From NCBI GenBank assembly GCA_965231215.1, contig OZ246423.1, forward strand, positions 1,216,001-1,280,000: 64,000 bases of DNA, in the 5' to 3' direction. The notes under the pieces are model-generated. The model had not been told where the DNA came from, did no database searches, and saw only the letters and a program-made list of their open reading frames with translations. The translations under genes were made by a program, and so were the position numbers. Source of the DNA: Candidatus Altimarinota bacterium (GTDB lineage Bacteria > Patescibacteriota > Gracilibacteria > UBA4473). Each line of letters begins with the position of its first letter. Position 1 is the stretch's first letter. Below are positions 56,701 through 64,000 of the stretch, piece by piece.

Positions 56701-59001
56701 CTAAACTTTTAAATTTTTCATATTAAACCCATGAAGATTTGCTAGCTCTGTATTTAGCCTCTTTCGGTTTTTTTTAATTTTTATTTTTTCAGGTTTTTCT
56801 AATTTACTAGGGTTTACCAAAATTTTATCCCAAAGTTCATGAGAGAAATTTACATCACATCTTTTATTTAATAGATCGTATAATCTTATTTTCATTTGAG
56901 TGAGGTCTATATCTTCTTCAAATTTGATGGCTTTTAAAGTATCCACTAAAGAAGCAACATTAGCTCCAATTCTAGTAAAAATAATTTCATCTGAAAGGTC
57001 TTTGTCCTCATCAAAAAGGATTTTCCAATCTTGAGCATGTAGAATGACCTCGCACCTAGCATTTAGCGCTTCTGCCATAAGCCTAAAGGCTTCATCCTCA
57101 CCTGGAACTATATCAGAAATATCCCTAATTCTGAGTACATGCTGATAGGCAAAAAACTCTTCTTCTTTTGGACCTTTAAAAAAGGAATTTTTAAACCTAT
57201 TTTTAATATCTTTCTTAGCTCTTTCAATAAAATCCTGCTCCTTTTTTCCTTCTTCGTAATCTATATAAGATCTATAGATTTCTGGATTGTTGGCTAAGTC
57301 CTTAACAATGTTCCACATAGAAGACTCTAATATTGGAATTGTAGGTCTAGATTCATCTACTAAATCTTGTAAAGCAACATATACATCGTGGTGATTAGCT
57401 CCGGACTCATTTTTTTTATAATCTTCCTCCGTCATAATTTGTATTTCAACTGGGATTCGGATGATTTCTTCTCCATATTTAATAGGGAAAGATCCCAATA
57501 ATTTGTACTCTTTTCTCTGGCTGTCTGCAGTTAAATTTTGTGAGGTTGATTCTTTAACTTTTAAGTTCCAAGATTCATCATATGGACTATTAGGACGGCC
57601 AAAATCAATTTGAAGTTTGTTTATTACCTCTCTAATATCATTTTCATTTGCTACGATAATACTTGCTCGATAAACGTCTTTTATATTACTTGGATCTACT
57701 TCTGATTTCCTTGTGCATTTAGTGGCCATTCTTTCTATGGCTTTAGCATTTGAATCTAATTTAAGGTAACACTTTCTCCCCCCTGTAAACCCTTTAATAA
57801 GTCTTCGACCTGTTTTTTTGCCCTGCGTTACCTCCTCTTCAGTTTTATCCCTTAGAGCTTGCCTAAATTCTTTTTCATGGGCATCGATAAACTGATAGTA
57901 TGGCAATTTGGATATTTTTTTGAATCCAACAAAAGATTTAAGCATTCTCCTGCCTAGGGGTGATTGGTTAGCCTTTTTTGCGAATTCAAAGAAGCTTTCA
58001 GGGTCTTGGATTTTGCGTATGAGAGGCATTAGATTTTTCTCAACCTTAGCTTGCAAGGCCCTAGCATCGTATTTAATGTAATCTCGCATAAATTGAGTTC
58101 TGGAAACTATGTGTGGCAAGCATCTCATTGCCATTAACCCTCCGGCCTGGATTGCTTCAGGTACATCTAAAGGAACTTCAAAGTGAGTTTCATATATTTT
58201 TTTAAATGCTTCAAAATCTGGACTGATACTAATAATATCCAACGGAGATATTATTTTATTCGTTTCTTGTACTGAATTAGAATCATTAATATCTTTAACA
58301 GTCATAGGCTTCCCTGAATTGGCTACCGCTAAAGCTTTGGCTCTAGTTTCTTCAGTCACCTGCTCCATTCGCTTTAGAGCCTCTTCTACTTGGGCTGCTC
58401 CTAAATGACTATTGCTAGCGATAAGTTCTCTAGTTTCTGGATCAGATAGTATAGCTGGACCAGAGGGCTCCCAGCTAATTTCTTCATGACTATCATCGCT
58501 GTGTTGTAAAGCGGTCCAAGTCTCTGGAAGATTTTCATATTCTTCAGGTTCTAAGATAACAAGCCAAAAAGTAATTCTTTTGTGGTCGATATGAGGTATT
58601 TTTTTAAAGGAGCCATTAGTCATAGCGGTTTCAGTGGTATACAACTTTTGAAATCGATTGAGATGCACATATAGCCCACTTTCTTCTTCTAATTCTTCGC
58701 CGGCCTTTTTTAAACGTGAAAGTTCTTTTTCTGGCTCTGACATAGCCAAAAAAGCGGTTTGTGCTGCTTTATCATCAAAAGTCTTTCCCCCAGGGATTTC
58801 ATATTTGCAGGCTTTGTCTGGACTTTTTCCTATACGATCTCCACTTTCACCATGATTCGAAGCCACAAGGATCGGTGGGTGGTTTTCTTCTCCTGGTTTT
58901 GGTTTTCGCATTACAAGGACTCTCTGAGTCTCCAAAAACCTTTCAGCTCTAATTGCTTGGGGTTCCTTTTCTAACATTATGCTTGAAGGTCTCTCATTCA
59001 T
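56701..59001 (-). CDS. NUDIX domain plus RelA/SpoT-like nucleotidyltransferase domain fusion
   Basis: YEIPGGK...EELEEESGL; KAIERMATK...IKDVYRASII...EYKL...VEIQIMT...HHDVY. Confidence 0.7.
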   Translation of the reverse strand: MNERPSSIMLEKEPQAIRAERFLETQRVLVMRKPKPGEENHPPILVASNHGESGDRIGKSPDKACKYEIPGGKTFDDKAAQTAFLAMSEPEKELSRLKKAGEELEEESGLYVHLNRFQKLYTTETAMTNGSFKKIPHIDHKRITFWLVILEPEEYENLPETWTALQHSDDSHEEISWEPSGPAILSDPETRELIASNSHLGAAQVEEALKRMEQVTEETRAKALAVANSGKPMTVKDINDSNSVQETNKIISPLDIISISPDFEAFKKIYETHFEVPLDVPEAIQAGGLMAMRCLPHIVSRTQFMRDYIKYDARALQAKVEKNLMPLIRKIQDPESFFEFAKKANQSPLGRRMLKSFVGFKKISKLPYYQFIDAHEKEFRQALRDKTEEEVTQGKKTGRRLIKGFTGGRKCYLKLDSNAKAIERMATKCTRKSEVDPSNIKDVYRASIIVANENDIREVINKLQIDFGRPNSPYDESWNLKVKESTSQNLTADSQRKEYKLLGSFPIKYGEEIIRIPVEIQIMTEEDYKKNESGANHHDVYVALQDLVDESRPTIPILESSMWNIVKDLANNPEIYRSYIDYEEGKKEQDFIERAKKDIKNRFKNSFFKGPKEEEFFAYQHVLRIRDISDIVPGEDEAFRLMAEALNARCEVILHAQDWKILFDEDKDLSDEIIFTRIGANVASLVDTLKAIKFEEDIDLTQMKIRLYDLLNKRCDVNFSHELWDKILVNPSKLEKPEKIKIKKNRKRLNTELANLHGFNMKNLKV

Positions 59002-59087
59002 CCCCTTATTATATCAAAAAATTTAATTTAAATCGATTTTTTTTTGCTTTATGATTCTTACTGGTAAAAATGAAACAAATCATAAAC

Positions 59088-59372
59088 ATGCTTTCACAAG
59101 ACGAAGTCGTACATATTGCAAAATTGGCTAAAATCAAGCTAAAAAATTCAGAAATTGAAAAATTTTCAACGGAGCTTTCCAGTATTCTTGGTTTTTTTGC
59201 TGACTTACAAGAGGTAGATACTAAAGGCATAACCGAAACCTCACAAGTAACCGGACTAGAAAATGAAACCAGACCCGATGAAGTAAAAGTGACAGAAAAT
59301 GAAGACGAACTCCTTGAATGTAGTCCTCACCCAGTGGAAAACCACAGCATTAAAATTCCTAAAATTATGTAA
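59088..59372 (+). CDS. gatC: Amidotransferase subunit C
   Basis: MLSQDEVVHIAKLAKI...LQEVDT...R.DEV...IKIPKI; directly upstream of gatA. Confidence 0.93.
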   Translation: MLSQDEVVHIAKLAKIKLKNSEIEKFSTELSSILGFFADLQEVDTKGITETSQVTGLENETRPDEVKVTENEDELLECSPHPVENHSIKIPKIM

Positions 59373-60814
59373 TGCCCTTAGTCAAAAAATCTTTAGCGGA
59401 GCTTTCAAGCCTACTTCAGTCTGGTGAAATCACTTCACGAGAACTGACCGAGGCGTTTATTGCCGAAATTGAAACCAAAGACAAAGACCTCAATGCCTTC
59501 GTAACAACTACTTTTGATTTTGCTCGTGAGCAAGCCAATAGTAGTGATAGTCGTTTGCAAACGGGAAAGGCGCTTTCGCCTTTGGATGGCATTCCGATGA
59601 CGCTTAAAGACGTAGTATCAACCAAAGGGATTAAAACTACAGCGAGTTCAAATATACTAAAAGACTTCAAACCCCCATATGATGCTACGGTTTGGCAGCG
59701 CCTTAAAGACGCAGGAGTAGTATTGCTTGGGAAGGTCAATACCGATGAATTTACTATGGGAGCCTCCACTGAAACTTCTGCTTTTGGGGTTACTAAAAAT
59801 CCTCATGATTTGACCCGAGTAGCCGGAGGTAGCTCTGGAGGCTCTGCCGCTGCTGTGGCGGCCAATATGTGTGCTGGAAGTATTGGCACTGATACTGGTG
59901 GGTCTATTCGACAACCAGCTCATTTTTGTGGCTGTACGGGGCTTAAAGTCTCGTATGGACGGGTGTCTCGTTGGGGCACTATTCCAATGGCTTCAAGTTT
60001 AGACACCGTAGGCCCTTTAGCCAAAACCCCAGAAGACTGTGCGATGATTATGAATATTATCGCGGGAAAAGATCCAAAAGACAGTACGACTCCCAATAGA
60101 GAAACTCCAGATTATACAAAAACACTAGGAGATAAAATCGCGGGAATGAAGATAGGGATTCCTAAAGAGTACTTTGTTGAAGGGATTGATCCAGATATTG
60201 TCGCGGTGTTAGAGTCTACTAAAGCTATTTTAGAAAACCTTGGAGCAAAAGTAGTAGAAGTCTCACTCCCTCATACTAAATATGCAGTGTCTGTGTACTA
60301 TATTGTGGCTCCCTCAGAAATTTCGGCCAATATGTCGCGGTTTGATGGTATACGGTTTGGGACAGCCTATGGTGAGAAAGACCTACAAGAAATCTACACA
60401 GAAACCCGCGAATCCGGATTTGGAGATGAAGTAAAAAGAAGAATTCTTATTGGTACTTATGCTCTCTCTGCCGGATATTATGATGCTTTTTACCGAAAAG
60501 CGCAGAAAGTAAGAACTTTGGTAAAGCAAGACTTTGAGAATACGTTTGAAGAAGTAGAAGCTCTTTTAGCTCCAAGCTTCCCGAGTGTGGCTACCAAAAT
60601 TGGGCATACCAGTGAAGACCCTCTACAGGCCTACATTGAAGACCTGTTAACGCTTCCCTCTAGTTTGGCTGGAATTTGTGGATTAACCGTTCCCGTAGGA
60701 TTTTCTAAAGACAAATTGCCTATTGGGCCTCAAATACTGTGTCCCGCTTATAAAGAAGAAAAGGCATTACAGATTGGACATCAGATTTATCAAGCAGTAC
60801 ATAAAAACGATTAA
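59372..60814 (+). CDS. gatA: Amidotransferase subunit A
   Basis: GK.N.DEF.MG, GGSSGGSAAAV, GTDTGGSIRQPA, RFDGIRFG, EVKRRILIGT. Confidence 0.98.
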   Translation: MPLVKKSLAELSSLLQSGEITSRELTEAFIAEIETKDKDLNAFVTTTFDFAREQANSSDSRLQTGKALSPLDGIPMTLKDVVSTKGIKTTASSNILKDFKPPYDATVWQRLKDAGVVLLGKVNTDEFTMGASTETSAFGVTKNPHDLTRVAGGSSGGSAAAVAANMCAGSIGTDTGGSIRQPAHFCGCTGLKVSYGRVSRWGTIPMASSLDTVGPLAKTPEDCAMIMNIIAGKDPKDSTTPNRETPDYTKTLGDKIAGMKIGIPKEYFVEGIDPDIVAVLESTKAILENLGAKVVEVSLPHTKYAVSVYYIVAPSEISANMSRFDGIRFGTAYGEKDLQEIYTETRESGFGDEVKRRILIGTYALSAGYYDAFYRKAQKVRTLVKQDFENTFEEVEALLAPSFPSVATKIGHTSEDPLQAYIEDLLTLPSSLAGICGLTVPVGFSKDKLPIGPQILCPAYKEEKALQIGHQIYQAVHKND

Positions 60815-60858
60815 TTTTACTTGTTGAATAACCTTGGACTTACTAGAATACTGGCCGA

Positions 60859-61926
60859 ATGAAAAAACTCTTTCTAGCTTCTGGTGAAAATTTTGCCGGA
60901 ACGGTTTTTGGAGCAGATACAGACACTTTAGGAGAAGTAGTTTTTACAACAGGAATGACTGGATATTTAGAAACTTTAACCGATCCAAGTTATTACGGAC
61001 AAATTGTGATCTTTACTTATCCATTAATTGGGAATTATGGTGTTTTCGACCCCAAACAAATGGTGCCAGGGGTAGATAAAACCTATGAATCAGAACGCAT
61101 TTGGGTAAAAGGAGTTATCCTTACAGAAGTTTCTGAAGCATTTTCGCACTGTGAAGCTTTCCAAAACTTTGATGCATGGCTTAAAGCGCACAACATTCCA
61201 GGGCTCGCAGGCGTAGACACCCGAGCCCTTACCCAAAGTTTGCGAGAGCATGGATGCATTATGGGAAATATGGGAAAAAATCCGGCAACAGACTTTGAAG
61301 ATAAGCTTAAAGGACGTTATGTACCAGAAGTTTCCCCTACAGAAACCACTATCTTAGAACCTGAAAATCCAAAAGGGAAAACGATAGCCTTTGTAGACTG
61401 TGGAGCTAAAAATGGAATTTTTAGAAACTTTTTAGACCGAGGTATTCGGGTAATCCGATATCCCTTTGATGTGAATCCATTTGAAGGGGAGCATAAATTT
61501 GATGGGATTTTCTTTTCTAACGGCCCTGGAGATCCAGAAGCCGTTACAGAAACTATAGACACTATGAAAGTAGCATTAGAAAAAGATATACCAATCTTTG
61601 GAATTTGTTTGGGGTGCCAGATGTTAGGACTTGCTGCTGGCGGAAAAACTGTGAAAATGAAATATGGACATCGAGGAGTGAATCAGCCAGTTCAAGAATG
61701 TTCAAGCGGGCACTGTATGGTAACGACTCAAAATCACGGATATGTGGTAGAAGCCGAAAGTTTACCTGCTGATTTTGAAGTCTGGTTTAAAAACCTGAAT
61801 GACGACTCGGTTGAAGGAGTACGACACAAAACCAAACCAGTCTTTGCGGCCCAATTTCATCCTGAAGCTTGCGGAGGCCCCGAAGATGCACAGTATTTAT
61901 TTGATGATTTTATAAAAGCCCTCTAA
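60859..61926 (+). CDS. carA: Carbamoyl-phosphate synthase small subunit
   Basis: GEVVFTTGMTGY.E.LTDPSY, SNGPGDP, GICLGCQ, QNHGY, QFHPE. Confidence 0.97.
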   Translation: MKKLFLASGENFAGTVFGADTDTLGEVVFTTGMTGYLETLTDPSYYGQIVIFTYPLIGNYGVFDPKQMVPGVDKTYESERIWVKGVILTEVSEAFSHCEAFQNFDAWLKAHNIPGLAGVDTRALTQSLREHGCIMGNMGKNPATDFEDKLKGRYVPEVSPTETTILEPENPKGKTIAFVDCGAKNGIFRNFLDRGIRVIRYPFDVNPFEGEHKFDGIFFSNGPGDPEAVTETIDTMKVALEKDIPIFGICLGCQMLGLAAGGKTVKMKYGHRGVNQPVQECSSGHCMVTTQNHGYVVEAESLPADFEVWFKNLNDDSVEGVRHKTKPVFAAQFHPEACGGPEDAQYLFDDFIKAL

Positions 61927-61941
61927 ACTGGACGAGATTAG

Positions 61942-62796
61942 ATGACTTTAGAAAATACAGCACTAAAATTCCAAAACGTTCACAAGAAATATGGCGATTT
62001 TACCGCACTTAAAAACGTTACTTTTGAAGTAAAAGAAGGAGAATTTATTGCGCTTCTTGGGCCGAATGGAGCCGGAAAAACAACGCTTATTAATTGTCTA
62101 AATGGATTGACCTCCCGTAATGGAGGTGAAATATCTGTATTTGGTGAAGACCCAGAAAAAAATCCCCTATCGACTAAAATGAATTTGGGAATTGTAGAAC
62201 AAGAACTGGTATTTGATCCCTTTTTTACGCCTTTAGAGATGCTTCGTCTACGTCGAGGTCTATTTGGCCTTAAACCGGATGAAGCCTATGTAAATTGGTT
62301 ACTGGAAAAACTCAGCCTTGAAGATAAAAAAAAGGTTCGTGCGAGAGAACTTTCTGGCGGAATGAAACGAAGACTTATGATTGCTAAAGCTTTAGCTCAT
62401 GAACCCAAAATTTTAATTCTAGATGAACCTACAGCTGGAGTAGACGTTGAATTGCGTAATGCTTTATATGACTTTTTACGAGCATTGAGAAAACAAGGTC
62501 TTACGATTGTGTTAACTACCCATTACCTAGAAGAAGCAGAGTTGTTGGCTGATCGTGTAGCGATTCAAAACCTAGGAGAAACCGTTGTCTTTGAGGATAC
62601 AAAAAAACTTTTAGCCACTAAAAATAGATGGTTATGTGTGGAATTTGAAGATGGAACTGTTGGGAAATTTGAACTTAAAGCCGATACCAGTGTTAGAAAA
62701 ACGCTTGATAGCTTTGGTTCTAAGAAAATTAAAGATCTCAAAATCCAAGAACCCAATTTAGAAGAAATATTTTTAGAATTTACGCACCAAAAATGA
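61942..62796 (+). CDS. ABC-2 transporter ATP-binding protein (YadG-like)
   Basis: GPNGAGKTT, LSGGMKRR, LDEPTAGVD, TTHY. Confidence 0.95.
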   Translation: MTLENTALKFQNVHKKYGDFTALKNVTFEVKEGEFIALLGPNGAGKTTLINCLNGLTSRNGGEISVFGEDPEKNPLSTKMNLGIVEQELVFDPFFTPLEMLRLRRGLFGLKPDEAYVNWLLEKLSLEDKKKVRARELSGGMKRRLMIAKALAHEPKILILDEPTAGVDVELRNALYDFLRALRKQGLTIVLTTHYLEEAELLADRVAIQNLGETVVFEDTKKLLATKNRWLCVEFEDGTVGKFELKADTSVRKTLDSFGSKKIKDLKIQEPNLEEIFLEFTHQK

Positions 62797-63560
62797 TTCA
62801 CCCTATTCGGCTCTGGACCCTTACCTGGAAAGAAACTTGCCGGTTTCTGAAAGTCTGGAGCCAAACCGTAGGATCACCAGTCGTAATTGCGGTGATGTAT
62901 TTTGCTGTATTCGGTGGGGCTCTAGGATCAAAAATCACAGAATTAAAAGGCGTCCCCTACTCTATTTTTATTATTCCAGGATTAGTGCTTTTACAATCCA
63001 CCACTAACGCCTTTATGAATCCTTCAAGTTCCCTTATTATCGCTAAATATAGTGGAACTATGTCTGATATATTGCTGCCTCCCCTGTCGGCCTTAGAAAA
63101 AACTTTGGGGTATTTGTTGGGAGGGCTTTTTCGGGGAATAATGGTGTCCATTTTGATATTTTTGGTAGCTGGATTTTTTACTGGAAAATATATTCCAGAA
63201 CATTGGGACGTATTTATTTTAATGCTTATTTTGGCTAATGGAGCCTTTGCCCTTCTAGGAACGCTTGTTGGAATTTGGGCCAAAAACTTTGATCAAATTT
63301 CAGGATTTTCAACTTTTGTAATTACCCCGATGGGGTTTTTAGGAGCTATCTTTTATAGTCTGGAAATGTTGCCGCCACTGGCCCAAAAAATGTCACTCTT
63401 TAATCCGTTCTTTTATTTTTCTGATGGCCTTAGATATGGCTTTTTGGGGGTTAATGAAGTCGATCCACAGTTTAGTATTGGGATGACTCTAGCCATCTTT
63501 GTAGTCCTGTTTATATTAAACCTTTGGGCCTTTCATAAAAATTGGCGATTAGGTATTTGA
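62793..63560 (+). CDS. ABC-2 transporter permease (YadH-like)
   Basis: KE..RF.KVW.QT..SP, six TM helices, FNP.FY..DGLRYGF. Confidence 0.93.
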   Translation: MIHPIRLWTLTWKETCRFLKVWSQTVGSPVVIAVMYFAVFGGALGSKITELKGVPYSIFIIPGLVLLQSTTNAFMNPSSSLIIAKYSGTMSDILLPPLSALEKTLGYLLGGLFRGIMVSILIFLVAGFFTGKYIPEHWDVFILMLILANGAFALLGTLVGIWAKNFDQISGFSTFVITPMGFLGAIFYSLEMLPPLAQKMSLFNPFFYFSDGLRYGFLGVNEVDPQFSIGMTLAIFVVLFILNLWAFHKNWRLGI

Positions 63561-63591
63561 TTGTTTTGTAAAATATTCTAGAATTCATCAG

Positions 63592-64000
63592 ATGAAAATA
63601 TTACTACTTGGCTCTGGAGCTCTAAAAATTGGAGAGGCCGGAGAGTTTGATTATTCTGGTTCTCAAGCCATTAAAACTTTCAAAAGACATGGGCATGAAG
63701 TAGTCCTAATAAACCCAAATATTGCGACGGTTCAAACAGATCCAAAAAACTTTGCCCCCTCAGAAAACTGTGCTGATAAAGTTTATTTTTTGCCCGTGAC
63801 TCCCAACTTTGTAGAAAAAGTAATAGAGAAAGAATCACCAGAAGCGCTCGTGCTTTCATTCGGCGGACAAACAGCGCTTAACTGTGGACTAGACCTGGAA
63901 GAAATGGGAATTCTCAAAAAGCATAAAGTAAAGGTTCTTGGCACCCCCGTAGAGGTTATTAGAGCCACGGAAGATCGAGAAATTTTTGTAAAAAAATGCA
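63592..64000 (+). CDS. carB: Carbamoyl-phosphate synthase large subunit (partial, runs off the right edge)
   Basis: Manual translation [26 protein letters not shown]...[10 protein letters not shown]...FGGQTALNC; absent from the ORF track. Confidence 0.96.
   Translation, partial: MKILLLGSGALKIGEAGEFDYSGSQAIKTFKRHGHEVVLINPNIATVQTDPKNFAPSENCADKVYFLPVTPNFVEKVIEKESPEALVLSFGGQTALNCGLDLEEMGILKKHKVKVLGTPVEVIRATEDREIFVKKC

Noticed and set aside
63783-63968. 61-aa minus-strand ORF
   Set aside because: Antisense to the carB 5' region
1-64000. Alternative genetic code 25 (TGA=Gly) as in Gracilibacteria sensu stricto and Absconditabacteria
   Set aside because: Conserved genes are full length under code 11, and TGA ends genes at expected positions (rsmI, ABC ATPase, ABC permease, amidotransferase)
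1-64000. CRISPR array or cas genes
   Set aside because: No regularly spaced repeat-spacer series or Cas motifs seen

Overview
AT-rich bacterial chromosome segment read with the standard genetic code. Gene content suggests a Patescibacteria/CPR organism, possibly Peregrinibacteria-like (inference): very large orphan coiled-coil proteins, a stand-alone VirB4-like ATPase, a type IV pilin, fermentative enzymes, scattered housekeeping genes, and sigma70 promoters placed almost directly on start codons. Housekeeping genes include gatB, gatC-gatA, clpP, V-ATPase subunits B and D, ribH-ribB, ldh, rsmI, rlmD, mutL, carA, carB and tRNA-Ser(TGA). The main finding is an apparently complete ~9.6 kb filamentous-phage (inovirus-like) prophage at 24485-34148. 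It encodes a pVIII-like coat protein, a Zot/pI ATPase, a Rep_trans initiator, a 1522-aa CARDB/Cys-repeat adhesin in the pIII position and a membrane-anchored Mrr-like nuclease. It has no integrase and is bounded by an exact 17-bp direct repeat that forms part of an 11-6-11 dif-like palindrome. Other leads: a NUDIX plus RelA/SpoT-like fusion protein, a candidate ~350-nt structured RNA upstream of the VirB4-like gene, an interrupted duplicate of the tRNA-Ser 3' end, a possible attenuator, and secreted proteins built from 4-Cys repeats. All calls come from reading motifs by eye; no searches were run.
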